64,000 nucleotides of DNA from Candidatus Omnitrophota bacterium (GCA_016208765.1 JACQXK010000004.1:84243-148242); one strand, 5' to 3'. Positions 11,380 through 21,694 are shown, numbered from the stretch's first letter. A program made the numbers and translations. The notes: generated by a model from the sequence alone, not told the origin.

Positions 11380-12537
11380 TTAACGCCTCTTTTCTAAAAA
11401 TATTTCCATGCGCTTTAACGCCTCTTTTAAATTATCAAAACTTGATGCGTAAGAAATGCGCACATAATTATCAAGTCCGCTGCCAAAGGCAGTGCCCGGG
11501 ACAACTGCTACCTTCTGCTCTTTTAACAAGCTTTGCGCAAAATCAATCGCATTCATTCCGGTTTTCTTTATTGAAGGAAAGGCATAAAAAGCCCCTTGAG
11601 GTTTATGGCAGGTCAAACCAATACGGTTTAAGCCGTCAATCACAAATTCCCGCCTTCTTTTATATTCACGCTTCATTTCTTCAACAAATCTTCTTCCTGA
11701 AACTATTGCCTCTGCTGCAGCCATCTGGGCTGTGATAGAAACACACATAATTGTATATTGATGTATTTTGGTCATTGCGGCAATAACCTCTTTCGGCCCG
11801 CAGGCAAAACCCACACGCCAGCCGGTCATAGCATAACTTTTGGAAAAACCATCCAGATAAACAGTGTTATCTATTGCTCCGGGCAAAGTAGCAAAATGCG
11901 TGTGATTAAAATCATAGGTCAGGTCGCAATAAACCTCATCGCAGATTGCCATAACTTTATGTTTCAATAATACCTTATTAATTTCATAAAGCTCTTTTCT
12001 TGTATAAGAAACACCCGTGGGATTTGAAGGATAATTTAAGATAATTGCCTTGGTTTTTTTGTCAATGTTCTTTTCCAGCTCTTGCGGCGTGATCTTAAAA
12101 CCGTTCTTTGCCGTATTAATATACACTGGGACGCCGCCTGCTAACTCGGTAACCGGCCCATAAGAAACATAGCTCGGCTGAGGGACAATCACCTTATCCT
12201 GCGGCTCAAGAATAGAACGCAAAACTAAATCCACTCCCTCGCTGACACCGACAGTAATTAAGATTTCCTCATCAGGGCAATATTTTAAGCCGCATTTATC
12301 TTTAAGGTAATTGCTGATACCTAATCTTAACTTATATAATCCTTTATTGGAAGTATAAGACGTAAATCCGCTTTCCAAAGAATAGATCCCTGCCTCACAG
12401 ATTGGCCAGGGGGTAACAAAATCAGGCTCCCCCACCCCTAAAGAAATAACATCCTTCATTCCGAGCACTAAATCAAAGAATGCACGGATTCCCGAAGGCT
12501 GCATTTCTTCCACTTTTTTAGAAATAATATTTCTCAT
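11380..12537 (-). CDS. Pyridoxal-phosphate-dependent aminotransferase, class I (aspartate/aromatic family)
   Basis: 385 aa with class-I fold motifs (SNPTG, the YSFSKSYAMTGWRVG Lys region). Confidence 0.75.
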   Translation of the reverse strand: MRNIISKKVEEMQPSGIRAFFDLVLGMKDVISLGVGEPDFVTPWPICEAGIYSLESGFTSYTSNKGLYKLRLGISNYLKDKCGLKYCPDEEILITVGVSEGVDLVLRSILEPQDKVIVPQPSYVSYGPVTELAGGVPVYINTAKNGFKITPQELEKNIDKKTKAIILNYPSNPTGVSYTRKELYEINKVLLKHKVMAICDEVYCDLTYDFNHTHFATLPGAIDNTVYLDGFSKSYAMTGWRVGFACGPKEVIAAMTKIHQYTIMCVSITAQMAAAEAIVSGRRFVEEMKREYKRRREFVIDGLNRIGLTCHKPQGAFYAFPSIKKTGMNAIDFAQSLLKEQKVAVVPGTAFGSGLDNYVRISYASSFDNLKEALKRMEIFLEKRR

Positions 12538-12565
12538 CTTAATTACCGATTACGAATTACAATAT

Positions 12566-13066
12566 TTAATACGATATCGCTATCCTCTTATTCTCTTGCT
12601 TATGCTTTAGTATAACACCATCTTCTTTATATTTTTTCAACAAAAAATGCGTAACTGTCCCGCGCACATTCTCCAAACATGCCAGTTTTTCCGCAACAAA
12701 ACGCGAAACATCATGGATGGTCTTTCCCTCAATCACCACCAAAAGGTCATATGTCCCGGAAATTAAATAGCAGCTCGTTACCTCGGGAAAAGAATATATC
12801 CTCTCGGCGATCTTCTCAAAGCCCAGATCTTTCTGAGGAACAACTTTTACTTCAATAAGCGCACGGGCAAGAGAATCCTCCCTGCGCACCAATTCTTTAT
12901 TAATTACCGCCTTGTATTTAATGATAATCCCATTTTTCTCCAATTTCTTAATTTCATCTTTTACTGTTTGAGGCTTTAATTTTAGCATCTTGGCGATTTC
13001 TTCCGGAGTGATACGCGCGTCTTTTTCTAAGATCTCAATAATTTCATTCATTTTTAATCCTCCCAT
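12566..13066 (-). CDS. lrp: Lrp/AsnC-family transcriptional regulator
   Basis: 166 aa: N-terminal HTH (ILEKDARITPEEIAKMLKL...) plus a C-terminal RAM domain. Confidence 0.75.
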   Translation of the reverse strand: MGGLKMNEIIEILEKDARITPEEIAKMLKLKPQTVKDEIKKLEKNGIIIKYKAVINKELVRREDSLARALIEVKVVPQKDLGFEKIAERIYSFPEVTSCYLISGTYDLLVVIEGKTIHDVSRFVAEKLACLENVRGTVTHFLLKKYKEDGVILKHKQENKRIAISY

Positions 13067-13095
13067 AAAACTGAGTTACCTGTATCTGCGTAAAC

Positions 13096-13812
13096 TTAAA
13101 TTAAACAAATCCTCGGCCCCTGGCGCTTGTGTTCTGAAAGCCTGTGCATATTAACAACCTTAGAAACCTTTATTTTAGAAACAGAATGCCTTTTACCTTT
13201 AAACATACAATCCAGAATGTCATCCAACTCCGGATAAGTAATGCCCATCTCTTTTTCATCGGTCTGCCCCGGCCAAAGCCCTGCAGTAGGCGTCTTTTTA
13301 ATAATCTGCTCAGGGATCCCTAATTCTTTTGCCAATAACACAACCTGCTTTTTTAGCAACCCGCCGATAGGCAAGATATCGTTTGCTCCGTCGCCGTGCT
13401 TTGTAAAATATCCGACGCTTAATTCTGACTTATTGCCTGTGCCGGCGACTAAATAATTATATTTATTAGCAAAATAGTAAAGCGTGAGCATCCTCAGCCG
13501 CGGCTTAAGATTTGCCCGCGCCATAGGGCTTGCCTCTGGCAAAACTTTTGTCAAACTATCAAAAATATTTGATAAATCTACAGTCTTAGTTTGTATACCT
13601 AAAGTTTTTGCCAGGAACTTTGCATCAATTAAATCCTGCGGCTGACTATGGCATGGTAAAAATAGGCCTAAAACATTATTTTTCCCCGCCGCTTCTTTTG
13701 ATAAAGCTGCTACTACACTTGAATCTATCCCACCGGATAGGCCCATCACAATCCCCTTGGCCCCGGAAGATTTTACCTGCTTCTTTATCCAATTTATAAT
13801 TTTACTGCGCAT
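13096..13812 (-). CDS. nadE: NH3-dependent NAD+ synthetase
   Basis: PP-loop GLSGGIDSSVVAAL, 238 aa. Confidence 0.75.
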   Translation of the reverse strand: MRSKIINWIKKQVKSSGAKGIVMGLSGGIDSSVVAALSKEAAGKNNVLGLFLPCHSQPQDLIDAKFLAKTLGIQTKTVDLSNIFDSLTKVLPEASPMARANLKPRLRMLTLYYFANKYNYLVAGTGNKSELSVGYFTKHGDGANDILPIGGLLKKQVVLLAKELGIPEQIIKKTPTAGLWPGQTDEKEMGITYPELDDILDCMFKGKRHSVSKIKVSKVVNMHRLSEHKRQGPRICLI

Positions 13813-13899
13813 ATGATTACTTATTACCTATTTAAAAGCACAAAAACATTCTATATCAAAAACCAGACATGTCAACGCGTATATGATCCGCCTAAACTC

Positions 13900-14553
13900 T
13901 TAAAACCTGAAACTAATATTGCTTACCAGAACATTGGCATATGTCCATTTGTCTGCAGGTTTCTTTGAATTAAGCATGTACCCGATATTAAAAGAAATAT
14001 TCTTATTAAGCGCATAACTGATGCCTACAGTGCTGCGGTGCTCTGTAATCCGGTCAAGCTTACAGTCATAAAAAGGCTCTTCGCTTATAAATGGGCCGAT
14101 TTCCTGTGTGCCAAGAATTTTAAAACCCTTGTAGAGCCGCAGGCTGTTACGGAAAATAGTTTTTGCTTTATCGTAATCATACTGAAAACGCAGGCGATTA
14201 GAAAGTTTAATGTTTGAAAACTTTTCAAAACTAAATTTAAAAGTATTGTCCAAATAAGATATCTCTGAACCATCCCACAAAGCTCCGGTATTTTTATCTT
14301 GATGAACATAATATGGTGTTATTTCCCAGAATTTATTAATTTTAAATGAAACTCCGGTCTCAAGTTTAAATAAATAATTATAGCTCATATCATTCTTAAA
14401 ACGCCACTCAGGAATAACAACAAAACTTACTTTATCGGTAATTTCGTAAGTAAATGTCTCCTGGTTCCAATATTCCCAATCCCGCGCCGCACAAGCATGT
14501 CGGTAAATAAAAATCATGCTTAGCGCAGTTAGGCAAACAAATAATCTTCTCAT
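13900..14553 (-). CDS. Putative outer-membrane beta-barrel protein (DUF2490-like)
   Basis: Signal peptide, beta-strand-rich composition and a C-terminal ...NISFRF. Confidence 0.4.
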   Translation of the reverse strand: MRRLFVCLTALSMIFIYRHACAARDWEYWNQETFTYEITDKVSFVVIPEWRFKNDMSYNYLFKLETGVSFKINKFWEITPYYVHQDKNTGALWDGSEISYLDNTFKFSFEKFSNIKLSNRLRFQYDYDKAKTIFRNSLRLYKGFKILGTQEIGPFISEEPFYDCKLDRITEHRSTVGISYALNKNISFNIGYMLNSKKPADKWTYANVLVSNISFRF

Positions 14554-14562
14554 TGGCTTATT

Positions 14563-15258
14563 TTATAATTTCTCAGGATGATGTTTCACTACTTTTGCCT
14601 CAATCATATAAATTACATCCTCGGCAATATTGGTTGTGTGGTCGCAAATCCGCTCCAAATGGCGGGCGATTAAAAGTAGCGGCACAGCCCGGTCTGCGGT
14701 TTTAGGATCTTTGGCCATATAATCATTTATAAGCTCATCGGAAACAAAATTACGCAGCCTGTCTGCTTCGGGGTCGGCAAAGAGGACTTTTTTAGCCAGC
14801 TCCACATCGCGTTTTATAAAAGCGTCAATAGCATCACGCACCATGTTCTGGGCAATAACAGAAAGCTTGGGAATATCTATCAGGGGTTTAAGTAACGGCT
14901 TATCGGCAATCTCCAAAACGCGCTGGCTGATATCCAGGGCCAAATCCGCAATACGTTCAAGCTCGGCATTGATCTTCATGCCGGTAGTCAAAAATCTCAG
15001 GTCGCTTGCCATCGGCTGATGCCGGGCGATTAAATCTATGCAGCGCTCATCAATAAACAATTCCAACTCATCAATTTTGTCATCAGCCCTGATTACTTCC
15101 TGCGCGAGCAGTTTATCGCGATTTTTTAAAGCCTCAATAGATTTATAAATCGCCTCCTGGGCCAAAACACCCATTCTTAGAATATCTTTATGTAATTCCT
15201 TCAACTCTTCATCAAAATGTCTTTGCACTATAGTCTCCTGTCTCCGGTCACCAGTCAC
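14563..15258 (-). CDS. phoU: Phosphate signalling complex protein PhoU
   Basis: Two PhoU repeats (DxxxD helices), 231 aa, located downstream of pstB. Confidence 0.85.
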   Translation of the reverse strand: MTGDRRQETIVQRHFDEELKELHKDILRMGVLAQEAIYKSIEALKNRDKLLAQEVIRADDKIDELELFIDERCIDLIARHQPMASDLRFLTTGMKINAELERIADLALDISQRVLEIADKPLLKPLIDIPKLSVIAQNMVRDAIDAFIKRDVELAKKVLFADPEADRLRNFVSDELINDYMAKDPKTADRAVPLLLIARHLERICDHTTNIAEDVIYMIEAKVVKHHPEKL

Positions 15259-15280
15259 CGGTAAATAATTAAAGTTTCTG

Positions 15281-15616
15281 TTAAATAGATTTTCTCAAAT
15301 ACTTAATAAAACCAGAACATAGTTTCCTAACATTTGTCGCTAAAGTATAAACTGAATTAAACTCTTCTTGATTGATATAATCTGAATCTAATGCCACATA
15401 CAAATGAGATTGCACCTCGGAAGCAGATCTTTTCGCATATCCTAAGAATTGAATAAACTGCTGGTCCGAATCAGAATCAAACCCCTCAGCAATGTTTGCC
15501 ATACAAGATACTGCCGCTCTCTGTATTTGCTCTCTTAATCCATAATCCCTATTATTAGCAATTTTCTCTCCTAATAGATAAACCGCTTTTGCTAATTTTC
15601 TTGCTTCCTGCCACAC
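15281..15616 (-). CDS. Four-helix-bundle protein (23S rRNA intervening-sequence protein family)
   Basis: 111 aa; the AVSCMANIAEGF...ASEVQSHL pattern is typical of TIGR02436-type proteins. It is inserted between pstB and phoU. Confidence 0.6.
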   Translation of the reverse strand: MWQEARKLAKAVYLLGEKIANNRDYGLREQIQRAAVSCMANIAEGFDSDSDQQFIQFLGYAKRSASEVQSHLYVALDSDYINQEEFNSVYTLATNVRKLCSGFIKYLRKSI

Positions 15617-15661
15617 ATCAGATTCTTCAAAATTTAATATTTTGATTCCATTTGTGACAAC

Positions 15662-16414
15662 TTATCCGTATCTGCCGGTAATATAATCCTCTGTGCGCTT
15701 ATCTGAGGGATGAGTAAAGATATCATCTGTTTTTCCAAATTCAATCAATTCTCCCAAAAGCATAAATCCTGTATCATCAGAAATTCGCGCTGCCTGTTGC
15801 ATATTATGTGTCACAATCACTATTGTATAATTATTTTTTAATTCGCGCATTAATTCCTCAATACGCTGAGTTGCCTGCGGGTCAAGGGTAGAACAGGGCT
15901 CATCCATCAACAGAACTTCCGGCTTAACTGCCACAAGGCGGGCAATACAAAGCCTTTGTTTTTGCTCTAACGATAAACTCAATGCTGATTTGTGCAGTTT
16001 GTCTTTTAATTCATCCCATAATAACACCGACCTCAGGCTCTCTTCTGCCAAAGAATCAAGCTCAGATTTACGTATAGAATTATGAATACGCTGGCCAAAA
16101 ACTACATTCTCATAAATTGATAGCGGAAACGGATTTGGCCGCTGGAACACCATGCCGATCTTCTTTCTTAAAACCACCAAATCTGCATCCGTATCCAGGA
16201 TATTCTCCTGGTCTACGATGATCTCCCCGCTGGTGCGCACGCCTTCAATTAAATCATTCATACGATTAAAAATACGCAGCAATGTTGACTTGCCGCAACC
16301 CGAAGGCCCGATAATAGCGGTAATCTTATTCCCGCTAAAAGCAGCATTCACATTAATAATTGCCTGAAAATCACCATACCATAAATTTAGGTTCTTAGTT
16401 AATATTTTTGCCAT
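15662..16414 (-). CDS. pstB: Phosphate ABC transporter ATP-binding protein PstB (copy 2)
   Basis: Walker [10 protein letters not shown], signature LSLEQKQRL, Walker B LLMDEP. Confidence 0.85.
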   Translation of the reverse strand: MAKILTKNLNLWYGDFQAIINVNAAFSGNKITAIIGPSGCGKSTLLRIFNRMNDLIEGVRTSGEIIVDQENILDTDADLVVLRKKIGMVFQRPNPFPLSIYENVVFGQRIHNSIRKSELDSLAEESLRSVLLWDELKDKLHKSALSLSLEQKQRLCIARLVAVKPEVLLMDEPCSTLDPQATQRIEELMRELKNNYTIVIVTHNMQQAARISDDTGFMLLGELIEFGKTDDIFTHPSDKRTEDYITGRYG

Positions 16415-16422
16415 AAATAATC

Positions 16423-17169
16423 CTATCCGAATTTACCTCTGATATAATCATCTGTGCGCTGGTCACCTGGCGCTGTAAAAATTTTATCAGTCTGGTCAAC
16501 TTCAACCAACTCTCCGTTTAAAAAAAAGGCTGTCCTGTCCCCTACACGCGCAGCTTGTTTTACATTATTTGTAACCAGGACAATTGTATAATGCTGTTTT
16601 AATTTCAACATTGCTTCTTCCACTTTTGCAGTAGAAATAGGGTCTAAACCGGAACAGGGCTCATCAAACAAGACCACCTCCGGTTTAACTGCTAAAGTCC
16701 GGGCAATACAAAGCCTCTGTTGCTGCCCTCCTGAAAGCTTAAAAGCAGAAGTATTCAACCGGTCTTTTACCTCTTCCCAAAGATAGGCTTGTTTTAAACA
16801 AGATTCCACATTTTCTTTAAGCTTGGTTTTATTTCTTATTCCCTGCATCCTCGGCCCATAAGCCACATTATCAAATATTGACAACGGCAACGGCAAAGGA
16901 AGGGCAAAAACCATACCCACTCTACGACGGAGTTCTTCAACATCAACCTTCTTAATACTTAAGGTATCAAGATCAATTTCTCCGGACATGCGGAAGCTTA
17001 ACTGCAATTCGTTTAACCTGTTGAGCATACGGATAAAAGTGGTTTTGCCGCTATTTGACGGCCCAATCACGCTTAGAATTTCATTTGACTGCACCTCAAG
17101 ATTAACCTCTCTTAAAGAATGCACATCTCCAAACCAAACATTAATATTAGTTATTCTAAATTTAGTCAT
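16423..17169 (-). CDS. pstB: Phosphate ABC transporter ATP-binding protein PstB (copy 1)
   Basis: Walker [10 protein letters not shown], signature LSGGQQQRL, Walker B LFDEP. Confidence 0.85.
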   Translation of the reverse strand: MTKFRITNINVWFGDVHSLREVNLEVQSNEILSVIGPSNSGKTTFIRMLNRLNELQLSFRMSGEIDLDTLSIKKVDVEELRRRVGMVFALPLPLPLSIFDNVAYGPRMQGIRNKTKLKENVESCLKQAYLWEEVKDRLNTSAFKLSGGQQQRLCIARTLAVKPEVVLFDEPCSGLDPISTAKVEEAMLKLKQHYTIVLVTNNVKQAARVGDRTAFFLNGELVEVDQTDKIFTAPGDQRTDDYIRGKFG

Positions 17170-17214
17170 CTCTCAACCCAAAATGAATTTGCTGATTTTG
17201 TAAATAAATATCAC

Positions 17215-17400
17215 TTTTACTTATAGCGGGTTCCGGGGCTTGATTTGAGCAGCACGTTGAAAATTTGAGCGGGCACGGATGCCCCGCTATTAACTGTCTG
17301 GCAGAGCGAAAATTTTCACCGAGCGCAGCCACACCTCGCCGGGGTGTGGCAAGCGGTGCTGCGAAAACAAGCCCCGGAACCCGCTGTCTTAAAATCGCCT
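17215..17400. repeat. GC-rich structured intergenic element (nested-stem, REP-like or candidate ncRNA) between pstA and pstB
   Basis: Outer 17-bp inverted repeat gcgggttccggggcttg / caagccccggaacccgc. It encloses inner stems cagcac/gtgctg, gcggg-cacggatg-ccccgc and gccacacc-tcgccgg-ggtgtggc. GC is much higher than the flanking sequence. Confidence 0.5.
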
Positions 17401-17430
17401 TAAACAAATTACAAAGCGAATTCATCTTCA

Positions 17431-18282
17431 TCACCATTTCTTCAGTTTCCTAAACTTATATCTTATAATTACCGCCACCAAATTTACCGATAGCACCATA
17501 AACAACAGCACCAAAGCTGTGCCGTAGCGGATCTTTTCATCTACATTCGGCACCTGCGTAGAAATAACATACAAATGATACGGTAGAGCCATAGCCTGAT
17601 CAAAAATAGAACTTGGTAATTGCGGCAGGTAAAATGCCGCTACAGTAAAAAGAATAGGAGCGGTTTCTCCTGCTGCCCTGCCCACTCCTAAAATTGTCCC
17701 GGTAATAATCCCCGGAACAGCATTAGGCAAAACTATGTTACGAATCGTCTGCCATTTGCTTGCTCCTAAAGACAGGCTGACCTCGCGAAATGACTGTGGC
17801 ACGCTCTCAAGCGCCTCAACGGAAGAAGTAATAATTATAGGTAAAATCATCAGGCCCAAAGTCAATGAACCAGAAAGAATGGATGCCCCGAATTTAAAGA
17901 AAACAACAAACAACGCCAGGCCGAACAAACCGTAAACAACCGAAGGAACACCTGCCAAATTAACAATAGACAGCTTAATCAGGCGGGTAAGAATATTTGC
18001 CCTTGCATATTCACTCAAGTATACTGCAGCCAATAAACCAATTGGCAGGGCGAAAGAAATCGCGCCCAAAACTAAATACACTGTGCCGACAATTGCCGGA
18101 AAAATTCCTCCGGCACGCATCCCCTGGCGTGGCATATCTGTTAAAAACTGCCAGTTAATTGCAGGAAGGCCTTTCTGAATTATAATTACAATGATTAACC
18201 CAACAGGCACTATAATTAAAAGCGTGGCAAGCAGTAAAAAGAAAAAAGCAATTTTCTGGGTACGTTGAGGGTTTCTCTTCAT
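17431..18282 (-). CDS. pstA: Phosphate ABC transporter permease PstA
   Basis: 283 aa with six TM segments and the EAA-like loop (GASKWQTIRNIVLP). Confidence 0.85.
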   Translation of the reverse strand: MKRNPQRTQKIAFFFLLLATLLIIVPVGLIIVIIIQKGLPAINWQFLTDMPRQGMRAGGIFPAIVGTVYLVLGAISFALPIGLLAAVYLSEYARANILTRLIKLSIVNLAGVPSVVYGLFGLALFVVFFKFGASILSGSLTLGLMILPIIITSSVEALESVPQSFREVSLSLGASKWQTIRNIVLPNAVPGIITGTILGVGRAAGETAPILFTVAAFYLPQLPSSIFDQAMALPYHLYVISTQVPNVDEKIRYGTALVLLFMVLSVNLVAVIIRYKFRKLKKW

Positions 18283-19142
18283 CTTCTCTTATGTAAAAAT
18301 AGATCCGCGGTTACGTTAATCGCAAAACTAATCACAAATAAAACTATCCCGATGGCAAACAAGGCAAAATAATGTTCGCTTCCCACCACCACTTCGCCCA
18401 TTTCTGCGGCAATTGTGGCGGTCAATGTGCGCACAGGCTGTAAGATAGTGTGAGGGATAATTGCAGAATTACCCGTAATCATCATCACTGCCATTGTCTC
18501 GCCAATTACTCTTCCAATCCCAAGCATCACTGCAGCAACAATTCCCGAGGAAGCTGCGGGAAGGAGCACCCTGTAAATTGTCTGCCAATGCGTAGCCCCC
18601 AAGGCAAGGGCACCTTCTTTGTAATTCTTAGGCACAGAATAAAGCGCATCCTCTGCAATAGAAACGATTGTAGGCATGGCCATAAAAGCAAGCATAATTG
18701 AACCGGACAAGGCAGTCAGCCCCGTCGGAAGATGAAAAATGCTTTTTACCCAAGGCACCAAAGTCACCATGCCAATAAAACCCAAAACAACACTGGGTAT
18801 TGCCGCTAACAATTCAATCCCTGATTTTAATATTTCTTTTACTTTTTGCGGGGCGATTTCAGCAATATATACGGCACAGGCAATGCCAATTGGAACAGAT
18901 ATAACCGCAGCTCCAAGCGTAACTAAAAGAGATCCAAGGATCAAAGGCAAGATCCCTAATTGCGGCGGCTCAGAAATAGGATACCAGCTCTTGCCGAACA
19001 AAAAATTAAAAGGCGAAACGCTTTTAAAGACAGCAATGCCTTCCTTGGCAAGGAAAATAAATATAAGGATAACAAAAAATATAGAAGCTAATCCGCAAAT
19101 CAGGATTAGCTTTTCTATAACAAATTCTTTAATCTTACGCAT
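18279..19142 (-). CDS. pstC: Phosphate ABC transporter permease PstC
   Basis: 287 aa; GATHWQTIYRVLLPAASSGI loop. The start overlaps pstA by 4 nt. Confidence 0.85.
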   Translation of the reverse strand: MRKIKEFVIEKLILICGLASIFFVILIFIFLAKEGIAVFKSVSPFNFLFGKSWYPISEPPQLGILPLILGSLLVTLGAAVISVPIGIACAVYIAEIAPQKVKEILKSGIELLAAIPSVVLGFIGMVTLVPWVKSIFHLPTGLTALSGSIMLAFMAMPTIVSIAEDALYSVPKNYKEGALALGATHWQTIYRVLLPAASSGIVAAVMLGIGRVIGETMAVMMITGNSAIIPHTILQPVRTLTATIAAEMGEVVVGSEHYFALFAIGIVLFVISFAINVTADLFLHKRR

Positions 19143-19172
19143 AGCTTATATTACTGAGCCTCCGATAAATAA

Positions 19173-20024
19173 CTACTTCACCGGCACAAAATCAGTCTTT
19201 AAAACAATCTCCTGCCCTTCTTTGGAAAGGCAAAAATCAAAAAATTTCTTTATCTGTCCCTGTGGCGCATTATTGGTATAAAAGAATAATGGCCGTGAAA
19301 TCGGATACTTGCCATTAATCACATTTTCCGTAACTGGAGAGACAAATTCCGATTTTGCATCCTTGGCCACTGCAACAGCTTTCTGCTTAGGAGAAATATA
19401 ACCCATGCCATAATAACCAATTGCCCCGGTATTTTGAGTAATTTCGTCGGCAATTGCCTGCGAAGAAGGCAGCAACAGCGCGCCTGGGGTAAACTCTTCC
19501 TTTGAATTCGGATCATTCTTTCTTAAAACGTGCTCCTTAAAATAAACATGTGTCCCGGAATTTACCTCGCGGGACAAAACCACAATCTGTAAATCTTGCC
19601 CGCCAACCTGCTTCCAATTAGTAATTTTACCGGTAAAAATTTGCGCCAACTGGTCAATAGTGAGTTTATCCACAGGATTCTTGGGGTTTACTACTACTGC
19701 CAAACCGTCCAAAGCCACTTTTGCCTCGTAAGGCTTAACTCCTCTTGCTTCTGCAAGGCTGATTTCTTTCCCCTTAATATTACGTGAGCTCATAGCAATG
19801 CTACAGGTACCACTGATCAAGCTGGAAAGGCCTGTCCCCGACCCGCCGCCGGTAACAGCGATAAACTCACCGGGATTAACCTCCATATACCTCTCTGCCC
19901 AAGCCTGCGCAAGATTCACCATAGTGTCTGAGCCTTTCACCTGAACGCAATTTTTTGCAGGAGCTGCTAATGCTAAACTGCAGAAAAACAAATTTATCAA
20001 CAAAACTGAAACTATTCTAAACAT
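19173..20024 (-). CDS. pstS: Phosphate-binding protein PstS
   Basis: 283 aa periplasmic-binding protein with a signal peptide and the SGTGLSS...GAIGY motifs. Confidence 0.85.
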   Translation of the reverse strand: MFRIVSVLLINLFFCSLALAAPAKNCVQVKGSDTMVNLAQAWAERYMEVNPGEFIAVTGGGSGTGLSSLISGTCSIAMSSRNIKGKEISLAEARGVKPYEAKVALDGLAVVVNPKNPVDKLTIDQLAQIFTGKITNWKQVGGQDLQIVVLSREVNSGTHVYFKEHVLRKNDPNSKEEFTPGALLLPSSQAIADEITQNTGAIGYYGMGYISPKQKAVAVAKDAKSEFVSPVTENVINGKYPISRPLFFYTNNAPQGQIKKFFDFCLSKEGQEIVLKTDFVPVK

Positions 20025-20086
20025 GTCTTCCTCCTCTTTTTCATTATAATATTATTCATTGTCAGTTAAAACTATGTTAAGCCAAT

Positions 20087-20104
20087 GTAAAATCTATGTA
20101 AAAT
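20087..20104 (-). promoter_or_regulatory. Pho box upstream of pstS
   Basis: Direct repeats TGTAAAA-tcta-TGTAAAA (11-bp periodicity), giving TTTTACA-N4-TTTTACA on the coding strand. The site lies about 70 nt upstream of the pstS start. Confidence 0.55.
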
Positions 20105-21393
20105 TAGAATTTTACATTCCAGTCAACCTGCACAACCTGATACGACCTTGAGTTTGTATAACCGAAATTACCCTTCATGTATTCATTATAGTAATAATCC
20201 AGGCCCAACCAGGTATTTTTGCCTAAACCAAAATCAAGGCCTGCTTCAAAACCTTTAATTCCTGTTTTTCCACCATAACGGTCAGAATCCGGAAGGATAT
20301 CCAGAATTGAGTCTTTTCCAAGTTTGCAGTAATTAAACTTAAACTGCCAATCTTTCCATTTTTCTACTTTTTGCGCTCCTGCCTTAAAGCCCAACATCCA
20401 ACCAGTATCATCACCCGGGACATCTTTTACAACATTTGTAACATACTCGCCGAAAAGTGCAAAATAAGGCAGGCTGTATCCAATTGCCTTAAGCGGCTCA
20501 TTTATAGAAATTTCAAAAGCAGGAGTAAAATTTTTATAATTATACTTTAGCCCACCATTAACCGTGCTATTTGTTCCTGAGCTGGCTGTTAATGATTTCC
20601 CGACTAAACCTGTAAAATTATAAAATGAGGCAGCAATCTTTGCCGAAACCGCATCCGTTAATTGCTGTTTTAACCCACCTTGCAATACATACATCGTTGG
20701 GTCTGCTTCATCTCCGGCTGCTTCTCCAATTAAAAATACACCCAGATTAGAAAATAACTCAGTTTTAGAACCTATCTTAGTGCTTAATGCCGCTACCCCA
20801 CCTTCAGGCGTAATATCCGTATCCCAAATCAAATCTCCCGGCTCCCAAAGAGGATTTTGCATTTTACCTCCGGTAAAACTCGCCCATTTCCAAGGAGAAT
20901 AAGTAGCATAGGCATAATCAAGAACAATACTCTTTTTTGTAGAACTTGAGCCTAGTGTAATATTAGTTGAACGAGGGTCAGTAGTTGAACCTGTGGCGAT
21001 ACCAACACCTGCTTTTATTTTATCGTTTACCTTCCCCTCTAACCCGAGCCTCGCACGAATACGCGCCCTGTCCTGGCCATCGCGCGGAGATTGGGTATTC
21101 CCAGCCAGCTCTTTTGCCTGGTCATGCTGATATCTTAACCTGAAATCCCCCTTTAGCTTAATATTCTGCACCCAGCTTGGCAAGGCAGCGCTTTTACCCT
21201 GAGCAACTTCTTTTTTTACCTGCTCTTGAGTTTCAGTTTTAACCACCTGTGCCTCTCCTGGACTAAGTACGCCTTTTTCTACAAGCTTCTGCAGGAGAAC
21301 ATCAATTTCTCCGGCAAAAATATTTCCTGCATTTAAAAAAACGCTTGATGCCACAAAACACAACACCAGCCACAACCCCAACATCTTTTTCAT
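20104..21393 (-). CDS. Phosphate-selective porin (OprO/OprP family)
   Basis: 429 aa, signal peptide, C-terminal ...VDWNVKF. It sits immediately upstream of pstS. Confidence 0.65.
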   Translation of the reverse strand: MKKMLGLWLVLCFVASSVFLNAGNIFAGEIDVLLQKLVEKGVLSPGEAQVVKTETQEQVKKEVAQGKSAALPSWVQNIKLKGDFRLRYQHDQAKELAGNTQSPRDGQDRARIRARLGLEGKVNDKIKAGVGIATGSTTDPRSTNITLGSSSTKKSIVLDYAYATYSPWKWASFTGGKMQNPLWEPGDLIWDTDITPEGGVAALSTKIGSKTELFSNLGVFLIGEAAGDEADPTMYVLQGGLKQQLTDAVSAKIAASFYNFTGLVGKSLTASSGTNSTVNGGLKYNYKNFTPAFEISINEPLKAIGYSLPYFALFGEYVTNVVKDVPGDDTGWMLGFKAGAQKVEKWKDWQFKFNYCKLGKDSILDILPDSDRYGGKTGIKGFEAGLDFGLGKNTWLGLDYYYNEYMKGNFGYTNSRSYQVVQVDWNVKF

Positions 21394-21413
21394 TCTGCTT
21401 TCCTCCTTTTTTG

Positions 21414-21605
21414 TTACAAGCTCTCAACGCACAGCTTCCTGATCTGGCGAAGATTAAGTTCTATTTCTTTTAAAGACTGTTCAGCATAATCACAATCTGC
21501 ATCTTCTTCCAAATTATTTAAAATGTTGCGCATTTTATTTAATTGCAAACGTAAATGGCTGATAAAAAAATCTTTACGTACTGATGACATCACACTCACT
21601 TCCAC
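21414..21605 (-). CDS. Hypothetical small protein (63 aa) preceded by a Pho box
   Basis: ORF from the track only. It lies between a Pho box and the porin gene. There is no recognisable similarity. Confidence 0.3.
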   Translation of the reverse strand: MEVSVMSSVRKDFFISHLRLQLNKMRNILNNLEEDADCDYAEQSLKEIELNLRQIRKLCVESL

Positions 21606-21671
21606 AACCCACCTCCTTTCTGTACCATAGTTAAATCTTAATTCATTTGTATTTAAATAAAATCAAGAAAA

Positions 21672-21689
21672 TGTAAAATCTATGTAAAT
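21672..21689 (-). promoter_or_regulatory. Pho box upstream of the small ORF/porin operon
   Basis: TGTAAAA-tcta-TGTAAAT direct repeats, the same architecture as the box at 20087. Confidence 0.5.
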
Positions 21690-21694
21690 CATAT

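Noticed and set aside
17162-17453. Protein-coding ORFs 17162..17437 (-) and 17265..17453 (+)
   Set aside because: They lie entirely within the GC-rich palindromic element. Their Arg/Pro/Gly/Ala-rich translations and mutual antisense overlap are typical of structured DNA, not of genes.
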